Positions 14,201 through 27,041 of a stretch of 64,000 bases of DNA are shown here, in pieces. Within the stretch, counting starts at the first letter, position 1, and every line of letters starts with the position of its first letter. The notes under the pieces were generated by a model. That model ran no database searches, had not been told where the DNA came from, and saw nothing but the letters and a program-made list of their open reading frames with translations. The position numbers were made by a program, and so were the translations under genes. Source of the stretch: Lingula anatina (Eukaryota > Animalia > Brachiopoda); the NCBI GenBank assembly GCA_051362555.1, contig CM120640.1:39286788-39350787 (forward strand). The letters are read 5' to 3'.

Positions 14201-17200
14201 GTGCATTTGGATATTTTACTGGATCTTGTTTCTATCATGTTTTGTCCCTAATACCTCAACGACATATGCGAAACGTGAAATTGTCGAAAACATTTTTGCT
14301 CATCCCATCCATTAATTTCAGGCAAAATCGGGGATCAGTGTCAAAATGCTTTAGACTGTTCTCTTATACGTGAAAGTGTTTGTGGCACTTCAAACAACTG
14401 CCAATGTAATTTAGGCTTCACAGCAACTGAAAACAGAACTGCCTGCAGACAACTGCAGATAGGTGATCCGTGCACAAACCAGCAGCACTGTGAAACGTCT
14501 ATTCTCAATGGTGAATGTCATCGTCACCTGAGCGTTTGCGCGTGTCCTCTAGGCTACCATGCTGAGACATTAAACCGCTGCGTAAAACGAAAAATAGGTG
14601 ACGCCACTTGCAACAGATCAGTTGACTGTAGTGAGGCAGTGGAGGGAAGCATGTGCAAAGAAGGGATTTGTGCATGTATGTCGGGATACAAGGCTTCTGC
14701 GGACATGACTACATGTAGAAAACGTAGGCCCTCACTAATTTTTTGCGTTCGTTTAACGACTTTGTTTACTTCATCATTTTTCACTTGGTACATATAGGTC
14801 AGATACATTGCAATTTAGATTTAAACAACCTGTCTTTAATTAAATCCATTTAAAAGAAAGAAAGACCCGTTCAAATGAGTTCAGTAAGTTTTACACCATT
14901 GCAGGCATGATAGGGGATAATTGTACGAGTGTTGCGGACTGTACGTCTTACATGGAACACAGTGAGTGCGTGGAGGGAAAATGTGCTTGTAATCCCCAGT
15001 ACTTGCCAACCGAGGACCGAAGCAATTGCAGAACTCGGGTACTGGGCGATCCTTGTGAACTCGCGCAGTCCAACACTGCCCAATGCAACATGTCGGTCTC
15101 GCACAGCATCTGCGAGAATCTCGTCTGTGTTTGTGAGCCCGGGTACTCAAAGAGCGTTGATGGCAGGGCATGTATAAAAGATGGACCATGCTCCACAAAC
15201 ACGGATTGCAACGCCGTTCTGCTTAACAGTTTTTGTTTTAATGGTGGCTGTATATGTACAGACGGATATAAGCGCATGGCGCTTCCAAGCGGAGAAGAAT
15301 TTTGCCAGTCACGTAGGCCGTTTTTCCTTCCACATTTTAATCATCATAGGTCCAAAAAACGAAATTAGCATACTGAAAATATGTTTAATGAAAATTCCTT
15401 TAACTAAGTTTTAGCAGGCTATAAGATAACGTTGTAAATGAATAAAAATTCATATTAATTCCCAGTGAAGAATGCTACTTTGGTGATAAAGGGCTTTTTT
15501 TGCATGATGACTGGGAAGAGGCTTGCCTTACTCTTGTTTTTTTCTGCAACTGTATTATCACAGTTTAAGTGTAACTTGACTTGTCCTGTAGGATCAGCAT
15601 GTTTGATCCGTTTTGTCGAATTTTTAATGCATGTAAACCGTTTTGTCGCTACCAACAATATTATTTGCGTTTAGCTTTTCAGTACTCAGGGGTGGTTGCA
15701 TAAAAAAGCACTTATTATGTATTTGCACTTTTTCACAATATGTATGCATGTGCCTGCCGGGATGTAATAGGGGTGGCTTTAAAGTCCACATGGTAAGGTG
15801 GCTGAAAGACACTTATCTACAAACAGTAGCTTCGGCATCTGAAACCAACAGCATGTATACAAGCATGTCAAGCATGTCTAAAGCGCAAAAACTTATTTTG
15901 CTTATGCTTATGCTTTTCTTTCATTTATTTCCCCGGTGTGTGTTTCTGTCGTTACTTCAGCTGCTTGAAGCTTTATCTAATCAGTAATGGAATTTAGTGG
16001 ATTGCCTTAAGTACTCTTGTCATGCTCGGACACTATTTTAGGCCCACTGAATGACCCATGTCAAAGTACAGGAGAGTGTTCAGCAATTTTGCCAGCAGGT
16101 AGCTCTGAGTGCAAATTGGACACTGACGGGATTAAGCGATGCTTCTGTAGCGATAGTCACAGGGAGTTCAACTCTACACAGTGCAGGCGTGCAAAAATCA
16201 ACGACATCTGCGAAACGCCGAGAAGTACCACCATGTGTACCGACCCCATTCCTTTCAGTGAATGTTCGGCTTCCAGTTGTGTGTGCAAGGCAGGTTATAT
16301 GGCATCCCCAGACCTAGCGAGCTGTACTAAGCGTGCCGTCGGCTCACCGTGTTCAACCAATAATGACTGTCAAGCAGTCGTGGTGGACAGTTTGTGCAGT
16401 GACGGAACATGCAGCTGCAAGCAAGGATACAAATATATCTCTACAGAGAGTGCATGCAGAAAACGTAGGCATATTATACGCATTGTTGTTGCAAGAAAAA
16501 ATGCTCTTTAACATGTGTATTTTGTAATATATTGTGAAACATTTCTTATCCTTTCAGATTGTTGAGAGATAGAAACCAAATATAGATTCTTTCTCACTGT
16601 AGTTTTGTGCTGGTGATTTTTGTCTTTAGCGTTAATTTAGATTTCATGTTGAGTGATAAACGCAATGCAGTTGTGTCTTTGTTGTGGTAACTGAGTGATA
16701 CTAACAATCTTAGTGGGAAAGCAAAGCGATATGTTTCATAAGCAGGTAAGTGTTTCCTTTCAAACACATGTAGTTAAATCAGAGAAATGTCCAAGATAAT
16801 TTGACGTGGTCTTTTTCTTATTCGTCGCCGTTCCAATCCTTGCAGGTCAAATGGACGATGCTTGCAGCATTCCTGAGGATTGCTCAGCGTCTGTGGCCTC
16901 CTCAACGTGTTCTAACGGAAAATGCGCCTGCATTAGCGGCTATGTACAAGAAAGCAAATCCAAATGTAGGATTATTCACATCGACGACAACTGCACCGTA
17001 AATGCCGACTGTAGCGCGGTGAGCGGAGAAGCCGAATGCAAAGCGCAAGGCACCAAAAATATGTGCAAGTGCAAGGACGGATATTATCCTAGCGACTACA
17101 ACCTGTTGGCCTGTGCTCAGAGACAAGTGGGAGACAAAAACTGCGATAAACCTGCCGACTGTTCTCAAGTCATCCCTCATAGTACCTGCTATAACAATGA

Positions 17201-17882
17201 GTGTGTCTGCGTTGCTGGCTACCGATCAACACTAGATGGCAAAGGCTGTAGAAACAGTGAGTACAGCATTTGATTCTCTTTACATAACTGACGCATTTTC
17301 CCATTCAAAATAAATGATATTTGATCTGTAGCCAAAACTTACTCTTTTCCTTGTTAGGAATAAAGCACTTTTCTTTTATTGTAAGGTAAATATATAAATA
17401 TGCATAGCTTAATGCTGCAGTTCAAGGCCCGTGTCCATTTTGTCAAATGAAAAACCATAGATTAAAAAAGTATGGTGTATTTTATTTTCTCACTTAAACG
17501 TGGTAAACTGAATGGCCATTTATTGTGTCAATTTCTTAAAAACAAAACTGATATTTCCACAGCTCTAGAAAACTGGGAGATTGCCCTTATCGCTGCCGCC
17601 TGTGCCTTCGTATGCTTCGCCATCCTCTGCTTCCTTCTCGGCTGGTGTGGTAGGAAGCGCATTCGTCGCAGACACAGCATGAAGCAGTTCACCGGCGCTT
17701 GGCATTCTTCTATCGAAGACCTTCGTGTCTCCTCCGCCGCTTCTGACAGCACTTTCAATAAAGAGGACATGAAGTCGTGGCCAGCTGATGGAATGACAGA
17801 GAGGGAAAGAGTGGAGACCATGTCCAATCCTGTCTATGAGACCAGTGAAATTAAACCCTCGGACGTTGGACTGGAGTTTTAG
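8209..17882 (+). CDS. Type I membrane protein (~1650 aa): signal peptide, IgGFc-binding N-terminal domain, acidic DxDCDG metal-binding-like motif, TSP1, 22 EB-like six-Cys modules, TM helix, NPxY tail
   Basis: Predicted coding exons 8209-8269, 8509-9779, 10009-10108, 10338-10385, 10602-10781, 10996-11118, 11499-11903, 12934-13335, 13511-13909, 14322-14723, 14905-15312, 16042-16464, 16846-17256, 17563-17882; all GT-AG, phases consistent, 4953 nt. Motifs: signal MTNLHFGILVVLICLGNLASA; GTEFYVGFMDN and DHLVQQLTPYDAWGKEF (FCGBP N-domain like); WGSWGSWEACSVTC (TSP1); repeated IGDxC..C..C..CxCxxGY..C; TM IALIAAACAFVCFAILCFLLGW followed by RKRIRRR; NPVY. Confidence 0.88.
12427..12480. repeat. Short imperfect direct tandem duplication (~30 bp)
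   Basis: aggtccaaccaataaatgtacctg followed by aggtccaaccagtagatgtacctg, inside an intron. Confidence 0.75.
14031..14203. mobile_element. Small intronic MITE-like element
   Basis: Imperfect terminal inverted repeats cactggcggatcca ... tgtatccgcctgtg; no coding capacity. Confidence 0.6.
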
Positions 17883-20800
17883 ACATGGTATCAAGTGCCT
17901 GTTGTTTTGAAGAGCCGATCGTATTTGATAATAATGCTCGTTTGTAGCGAGCGATATCATTTACATCACTTAATGTGGGCAATTACAAGTTATTTGAAAA
18001 TATATAAATATTTTAGCCAACAAAGAAATCCTGCGAACAGTCTCTTTAATGTAAATATTTCGTAAACTTAATAATGGATTTAGAAAACTTGCCCTTGCAA
18101 ATTTGTCATTAAGACGATGGAGATATAGGTATTCGTTTTATAAGTATTCTATAATGTGGAAGTTATCACTGAAATACCATAATTACAAAGGGGGTATCAA
18201 ATGGTCCGATACTGAAGACATATGTCACAGGCTTTCATATCTGCACTAATTCAAATTAATTATTATTCTGCATTGGCCCGGCACTTAGAACGGTATGTTC
18301 TAGGGTAACAGACATCCCGTTAAGTGCCTACATAATCGTTTGTTACACATGTACATTCCTTCTGCAATGAATTTATAGATGAGATGTTTGGTAGAATAGG
18401 TTGGTCTAATGCATTTTTTTCTATTTCGTGTCTTAACAGAAAAATTATTGTTATTTATAAAAACGCCTCTTGTTGGCAGATTATTTTAATTACACAGTTG
18501 CATCAAAGGTATATTTGCGCTTAGTATACTTTTACATACAGTGTTACTTACAGCATGTTATGGTCTAATATTGCAAAGCGCGTTAATTCCAAGGGTCTCA
18601 AATACTCCGGGAGGCATTTTGATTTTATTAAGAAGTGAAATAACATTTAATAACCATTCACGTTTTCTATACTTTCACATTTACATTTTACTTTGCAAAA
18701 TATCATTTTATAGAGATAAATAACGACTGTTTGACGTTACACTACCGAAAGGCGACGAGTTCCCAAATATGTAGATACACGTTTGTACTTGAACATATTG
18801 TACATAAATATTGTAAGACAAACTTTTGAGCAGCTAAGTGCTGCTTAGACTATGCAATCGAGAAAAGTCTACACCGTTATCCGGTCACAAGAAAAGAGTG
18901 GAAACTGAGTGTTTTTCCAGTTAAGTCGTTTTCAGGTGAGAACTCCTGTAAATACTCTTTAATACGTATTTTTGTAATGCATAGTGCCCATTTTAATAAA
19001 GAATATTAGGGCCTTCATATTGGTGTTGTGTTTGTGTACGACTTAATGCTTTTGATTATTGAAAAACGTCGCCGGTGAAGACACAATTATCTTTTAAAAA
19101 GCTTTTGATGTTCGATAATTTCTCTCGGGATACTCAGAACATTCTAACATTAAACTGTCCTATCTTAGATCATTTAAATGTCAAGATAGGTTAAAAGAAT
19201 ATTCAAACTGTATAAGTTGAAAAAATATGCCTATACCTGTCTGTACCTGTGTCTGTCTATACCTACAATGAGGGGACTGAAAAAATTCGATTTAGTCCCA
19301 AGCTATATAATCGTTGAAGACGTTTGTCGTAGGAGATGAGGGGGGTTTAAACCCACTTTTTTTCAACCGTGCCAGTCATGAGAGCAGTAAGCAGAGAAGA
19401 ATCCTTCCGTCCTGACACTTATTTTTTACTGAATGATTATAAACCCTAGACTGACCTCCCCCCCCTCCCCACTTATACTTTGCTACCTACGCCCCTGAAA
19501 CTACATGTATCTGGGTTTATCATTTGGTGCTTAATGGAGGCTGGTGGCAGGTTAGAATATAAAATGGCTTACCTTCTTTTAATCTTCTTGATCCATGTCT
19601 AAGCTTGTCCCTGCCTAATAGCACTTTGTGGTCATAAAATCGGCGAGCAAAAATCGGTGACAAGCCAACACTGTGCCTGTTGTAATTAAGGTCGTCATTG
19701 ATCGCTTGTTAAAATGTTTACGCCATGGTTGGGCAAAAGTCAAACTGCCATTTCCCGAATCCTTGAAAAGATTCTATCTGCTGTTATCTATCAATGTTAA
19801 TACATCATGACCGTCTTTGTAGCCGACAATACTTCCCTATTTCCAAAGACGGATATAATGGCTGTACGAGTATTGGTATATAGCGACATCCTTTTACGTT
19901 TCTGTTAGCAGCTATAGCCTCGCCCTCGCTCGTAGCTAGAGAAGATCTTGGGCTATGAGCTGAACTCACCTTAACAGCAAAGTGACTTTTCAACACGATG
20001 TTAGTAGGCTTAAAATTTAGACACAATACAAGCTCCAGTGATAAGGGACGGGTACATACACTCGTCTTCTTGGCGGGAAGACGCTGGCTTTTGTGACAAC
20101 ACGTGCTTTCATTATCAGGTAAAAGCAGAGTAACGGATATTGGACTGCAACATAATTCTGAACACTAACATATCGATATCATTTTTTTTTATTTACGGCT
20201 GCTTGAATCCCATCATGCAAACACCATGCGCGATTGTAAAGTCATTACATCTCGTCACAGAATAAGTTTGAAAATGGGAAGGATTTTGTAAAACTTCTAG
20301 ATGAATATCTTATTCGAGGATAAGCTGTTAGCACAACTAATAATTATCAATGGACTGAAAACGGCCCGTGTTGAGATATCATTGCGTGCAGCTAGTATGG
20401 GCTATCAGTTCACACCTAAGAACATCCAAGTTTGTTGCACTTTATCATTTTTCATTAACAAGGCTCCATGATCTTTTGGTGCACTTCTAACCACTCGATA
20501 TTACGAAAGACAATTCCGTACTTCAAGAGAACTTGTTTTCAATATCTTACAAGATAAGAACGCTGAATGAGCTGGAAACCCAATTTACATGTGGTAAGCA
20601 GAAACGGTGAACAATATCGTGATTTTTAACAAACACTTCTATTATCATTTACAAGACTCATAAACCACCACGTAGGAAATAATATTTAGGTTACAAATAA
20701 CATAAATAAAGAAATGACGAACCCAATTTTAGTGAATAATAATGATGATTACATCAATCTCATATTTTAGTAAGATTCCGATTCAAGTTTAAGTGTAACA

Positions 20801-21434
20801 ACTATCAACTGAACACCCTATGAATTGTAGCAACCGTCAACACCCTATGCACTGCGGAAATCTTATCAATTACTTCAAAGAATCAAATTGAACATTTCCC
20901 CCAGCGTGCAGTCTACAACCTCATTACACTATAATAATAATAACACACAATAAATCAACCCTTCAATTTTGAATTCTTATAAAGAAATCACAATGCAATC
21001 GTTAAAATACAAAAACAACTGAGCAAAAGCAAAAATATATGTGCGATTAAATACTAAAATTCCCATGAATAAATTAAGTATGATTTATCATACAATTCAT
21101 AAAAAAATAATACAAAATCACTTATTTAATATAAATGGTATATACACATAAATTACATCGTTACTTCCCTAAGTAAATCGGCACAGCATATAGTGATGGA
21201 CTTCATCAAATGCACTTAACACTCTGAGAACATCATCTGGGTATAACACAATCCACTGAATAAAATTATCTTCTGGACAGTTACCCTGTGAATTAACTGA
21301 TGTTTCACAAATGCTGGATACTTTTGCTCTCCAGTTTTGCTATCTAGTGGTAACTATGACTGCTATACTTTAAATGTTATCCATAGTATAGAGCTATCCA
21401 GTGTTGACGAAACTGGATCCTGATATCAATTCAT

Positions 21435-24400
21435 TCACATCAGAAAATTTTTGATGACTTTCTGGATAGGTCTGCGGCAAATCGGGCACGGTCTGCCGCT
21501 CCACTTCAACCTCTTGGCGCAAGAATAGCAAGTCACCTGGTGCCCCGTCTTCCCGTGAATAATGCTCGCCTCTTTGGGCTTTGACATGCATATCACACAC
21601 AGATCATTGTACTCATTTCCAAGGGACTGCTGTACCCTTGACGGTCCTGGCTGCCCGGCCCCAGAGGGCCCTGCGCCTATCACACCGCCAGATAGAGACG
21701 ACGTACCTATAGACGCCCCACTGGAACCGCCAGTAGCGGTAGACTGACCACTGGCATGAGAGCTATCTGACCTGTTGGCCGCAGAAGAAGTTTTATCAGA
21801 CTTAGGACATTCTTTCCATGCAGTTTCGTGTTTGGAAGATGAGGTGTGGAGGAAGGGGAGTGTTGTTTTTGAAGAACAGTTGGCAGTGGTCGTTCCTGGT
21901 GGTTCATATTCTGGCTTCTGGGTAACGTCATCAGGTGAGTTGAAACTATCTGAAGCTGCACCAGAAGTGCATGGCCTAGCACTCTGAGAAGCTAAGCCTT
22001 TTTTCTTTGTATCTTCGCCTTGTAAATGCGAGCTCGCGGATTGCTGAAAGGCGCCTATATAATTATCATACGACTTATCTTTATCTTCACTGATAAAAAG
22101 TCTATCAGTAACATTGAAAGCGTCATTTGACGTAGTTTTTCTAACATCATGGATGACTGGTAGATCAATTTCATCAACGCCCACACCGATTCCCTGTTCT
22201 TTAACAATGTTTTCACTGTCCCTATGAACATTTAACCCCGGCAGCATGGGTTTTGACCCGACACCAACTCCAGAACAAACAGAATCACCCTGGTCATTCA
22301 GTTCAGACTTGAAATCGTCAATACTAGTAGGCCCATCAATAACATCAGTGCCACAACATACCTCAGGTTTCAATGAACTATACTCAAGGGGGCCTTGAGT
22401 AAGATCAATTACATCATTATACGCTGGGTAAATATTTTGGCTCAAAGAGCTGTGTTTAGAACTTCCAACAAAATTGGCTTGGTCTACAGTTAATTCTGAT
22501 TTTATTGAATCATTCCATGGCCCTATGCTACCATAACCACTGCTTTCAGACTGTTGTTGTGCGGTCATAACAGTGCCTGTGGGTTCATCGTCCTCTAAAA
22601 CAATGGTGTCATTGGATCCTTCAGAATCCAACACCTTTTCAGCTACACTGTCAGAACTTGGGAGTTTAATGCAAGTTTCTTGTGTGCCAGGTTTATTCCC
22701 ACTTGCATTCTTGCTGCCATCTGAACTACTCGCACATCTGTTCTGTTTGCTGTTAGTTTGCTGGGGTGGACTTCTTGTCGCAGAAGAAAAAGACTTGCCT
22801 CGTCCAAAATCTTCATTTGAACTACTGTTTTTTCTTCTGTTGCTGTATGTAATGTATAGTTGCTGGTTGTTTAATGTTACTTGCTCCATTTCTTCGCCTG
22901 TCATTTCCACGGGTGCAGATATTGAACGCCGTAAAAGACGGTTTTGTTGAGAATGTCTGTCTGGAAGCCAACCGGGACGAAGTTTCCAGCAACGATCACA
23001 GTACCGTTGAAAAGGCGAGTTCAACATGTCACATTCTCCGCATCTCCACTTGTCCTGAATGGTAAAGTTTGAGGTTAGAGGCGAGGTCCACTAATTACAA
23101 GAAGCTTTTAAAAAAGATGATGAAAAACACAGCCACTATCATCAAAATCGCTACATTTTCTCGAGAAAATTTTGAAAAAAAAAATAACAGAACAAATTTT
23201 ATTACATTCACTTGTTTACACTCACATCCTGAGAGATTTCCATATCTGACCCATCACTTCCAGAAGTAGATTCCACATCACTGGAGTCTGCCCAGAACTC
23301 TATGTCACTGTCATTACACACAACTACTATATCCTGAAATGAGAAAACATTTTCAGTATATTTAAGTTGTTATAAAAATGTTCTCACGAGGTCTTCAGCA
23401 TACTCTTAAAATAGGATGATTCAAAATTTCATAATTAATGAAAAACATCTTAATTAATTCACTGGATTACTTACTGAAGATTTTTCTACTGTTACACACG
23501 AGTCTCATATATAACATTCATGTCATAAACTTAAAAAAAATTAAAGATTTGATTACACATTTCTAAACAACTGCCAAATAAATGCAATGAAATATATACA
23601 ATGAGCAAATCACTTATTTCAGAATAAAATGTACACAATTCTGTGATGTCAACATAACTCATCTTAAAGACATGCAACCCCTCACTGTACCTCAAATTCA
23701 TCCGAATCTCCCGACTCTCCACCCCCGGCTGTCCCGTGACTGGTGTCAGATCCCACTTCATACTCCACAGAAAAGCCTCCGTCTGATGAGATCTCCATGT
23801 ACCAAAGGTCATCTTCACTGTCCTGAATCACTGCTGTCTCATAACCCTACAGTAAACGTGTAACACACAAATTAGATTTTATATCTATATCTATATCTAT
23901 AGAAGACAAAATATTTGTACTAACCAAATGAATTGAAATCTGTATGAACTTGATCATATCTAATACACAATTTTTTTCCATTTGAGTTCTAGTACTTCAA
24001 CCATTCTGAAGGTCATGGTTTTTAAGTCTGAAATTGCCTAAGTACAGGTGCAATAGCTTAATTTTTTTTCCAAAAGCACCTCATTGCTGAACTAAGCAGT
24101 AGGGAATTTATCTTCCACCAAGTCTTTATTTTATTTTGAATATAACTTATCTTTTAAAATATATTACAGTAAAACAGATCAAGGGTTTGATTCATCATTT
24201 TTATTTGAAAACTTAGACAAAGGTGAAAAATCCTGTAGCTCACGGCTGAAAAAAAAAAGGGAAAAGAGAGTCAATTATCACCTGAATGCTGAGCACTTCA
24301 CTCTTGTTTTCATCAGACGTCTGTACTTGTACTTGATAATACCACGGAAACTTTCCCTCCCCATCACTGCTGTATGTAATACTGATGGAAGACTGCCTGG

Positions 24401-26632
24401 CACGAGAGGCACTGCTACTTTTACTGCTGCTGGATTTCTCTGTGAAACAAAAAACATTGTCAAATTATTCTTGAATTCCAATTTTTTTCCTTTTTTTCCT
24501 TTCATCATCAAAACTACAAAAAAAAAGTGAAGTCTGAACGATTGAACGAGAAATAATTGTTTTAGTGTCAAAATAGTTAATATAATCTCAATACCTCTTT
24601 TCCTTTTCCTTTCCCTTTTTCCACTAGTGTTTTCTCTCTCTTCACGCCTGACTTGTGCTTGGCTACTTTTGGACTTGCTAAGATGATCTTCATTGTGGTT
24701 ACTATCTTTTACAAATAATGGTTGGACACCTATCACTGATTCTGCTGTCAAGTTGCTGGCTTTTACCTTAAAGATAAATGACAAATTTCAAAAATATAAT
24801 CTGTTATCAATATATAGCATTCAAAGCCATATTAACTGCAACTATTTTAATTATGTGTTATTTATTCATTTGCTGAAGAAATGGCAAATAATTCAGACTC
24901 TGATTGTAAACAATGACAAAACTTACCACTTGTATCATGTGTATACACTCTGGGGGTAATTAACTAATTAACTAGCTACTCAAGGAGGCATGCCCGACAA
25001 TTAATCTGAATACAATGAATGCATTTTAGCAAGAATCCCAGAGTCAATCCAGCTGGTACGATGTTTGAATCTGTACACCTCTATGTCTTACACATACCTT
25101 CTCCTGCTGCCTGTGCATCATAACATATTTTCTGTTCTGCTCCTGTGCGGCTGGAGTCTTTTGCTTCTTGGCAAACTGAGTACATGGCATCACAGGCTCA
25201 ATATGTGCAGAGAGCAAGGGACTAGAAAACAAGAAACACATGGTAATAAAAATTTCATTTACTAGTACATTTATTCAGTGATGCATTAATATGCATTTGT
25301 AATGAAAGGTCTGAATGTTTTTAACATCACTAAAGAAATAAAAAAATGTCATTTGTTTCTACCTGGTTGTGGGTTATAGTGTATACAGGTACCAGTTATG
25401 TTACTAGATGTATGCTTCAGTCTTAAAAAAATTATCATCTATCATCTTATATATAAATGAATTGCAGTGCTATATGGTACTAGTATATCCTAAAGCTGGT
25501 CAGGCTTACATGTAAGGTATGTCCTTCAGTCAGAGCTGACCTAATGTAAAGAGGCTTGAATGCAGCATTTTTGAGAAAAATGACCATAAATGAATAAAGA
25601 AAAACTTACAGGACATCACTGATTGTGAATTTGCTGCACCCAAATATTTGTCCCAGCTGATCTTTTTCACAGTGTACTGTGCCAGGGTCACAAGGATCAT
25701 ACAACTTTTTGGAGCTGATGTACTCCTTCAGAAAATACAGCACCTTGTTTGAAAAAAAAGGGGCAAAACTTATAATACTAGCTTATCTAAGAGTTATTAC
25801 CACACCAGCCAAATTTTGTTTACTTTAGTTTTACCTTAAGAACTGAATTAAAAAGAATGTACTCCTTCTAAAAACATTTATATCTTCATACCTCTTTTCT
25901 GGTAAAGAAGTCCCCATCTGCACCTGCAGACCTCAGCAAGTGCAGAAAATCTTTTCCAGGGCGAACCTGGAGCAAAATTTTATAAAATAAATGCAAAATC
26001 ATAATTCACATACAATTATACAGGCTGTCTCAGTCACAATGAACAAGTGATGTTAAAAAAATTTCATACTTAAAATTTGGTTTCATTACTATGTCAAAAA
26101 AAGAAACATCCCTTCTTGTTAGAAAAAATAACAAAATGAGATAAATTACCATCTCCACAATGTCTTGCCCTTGGCTTGAAGCAAAGTCTGCATTTGCAGC
26201 AGAGCTGACAATGGGTGTTGTGGAGGTGCATGTAGTGATCACAGTCTCTGTTCTTGATACCTGAAACATGGCATAAATACTTGTATATATATCAACAGTG
26301 GCAGTAAAGAAAAGGATTTGTATTGTGCGTAGTTACAGCTTTAAATTTATCATTCAAAAAGGTATATATCCTTTAAAAAGGCGGTGCTTGAATATACACG
26401 TACACATGCACACATACACATGCTTGTTCACTAACACCCACACACACATTCCAACTGATACTTGCCAGTTACAGCATATGTCAATAAAATGGCATATGTT
26501 AGGTGGTTCTATATGAAATCATTATGATCACATTAAATGTATAAAGAAAATTTTGATATTAACTCATACCAGTACCTGTATGGCTACTGATGAAGTTGTT
26601 GCAGATGCTTTTTGCTTCTTTCTCTTTGGCAT
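21435..26632 (-). CDS. MDM2: MDM2 family E3 ubiquitin ligase (~906 aa)
   Basis: Predicted coding exons 26632-26570, 26260-26150, 25966-25892, 25743-25610, 25221-25098, 24766-24595, 24439-24282, 23846-23691, 23333-23226, 23054-21435 (2721 nt). SWIB/p53-binding domain VRPGKDFLHLLRSAGA...KEVLYFLKEYISSKKLYD...CEKDQLGQIFG; basic KRERKRKR; acidic FSVEYEV; RanBP2-type zinc finger WRCGEC...YCDRCW; C2H2C4 RING CVIC..IIHGKTGHQVTCYSC..CPICR. Likely pro-ortholog of vertebrate MDM2/MDM4. Confidence 0.95.
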
Positions 26633-26834
26633 GTGGGCCTAGATTGTGCTAAAAGTAAAACATAAAAATATATGCATATAAACTGGTACATGTAAAGGTA
26701 TAAGTGTAATAGCCCCAGAATGGATTGTCTCAGAATACGGTATAACATGCTTGGTACTCACTTCAGGAATCTAGCATGTAGGACCAAAAACTAAGGTAGC
26801 AACATGAAAATCTTTTGATCACGGTGTGGACAAA

Positions 26835-26855
26835 GGGGGGGGGGGGGGGGGGGGG
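26835..26855. repeat. Poly-G tract in MDM2 intron 1
   Basis: Run of about 21 G on the + strand. Confidence 0.9.
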
Positions 26856-27041
26856 TACGTGTTATAATCCAGAATGCAACTAGTGCACTAGTCAATAAAG
26901 AAAACTCACTTGAACAATCTGGCCACGGTTCATGTGCAATGTTAAATATGGCTGATTAAAAGGGCAAAGGACAACAATGGAGTTGTCAAATTTGAAATAT
27001 CTGTTAATTGGCTAGGACGACTGCATACACTCACACCTTAC

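Noticed and set aside
15465-15987. Cys-containing ORFs in a gene 1 intron as extra exons
   Set aside because: They lack the IGDxC/CxCxxGY pattern and suitable splice sites.
13336-16470. GTAGGC donors as U12 minor-spliceosome introns
   Set aside because: The U12 donor consensus is RTATCCTT, which does not match.
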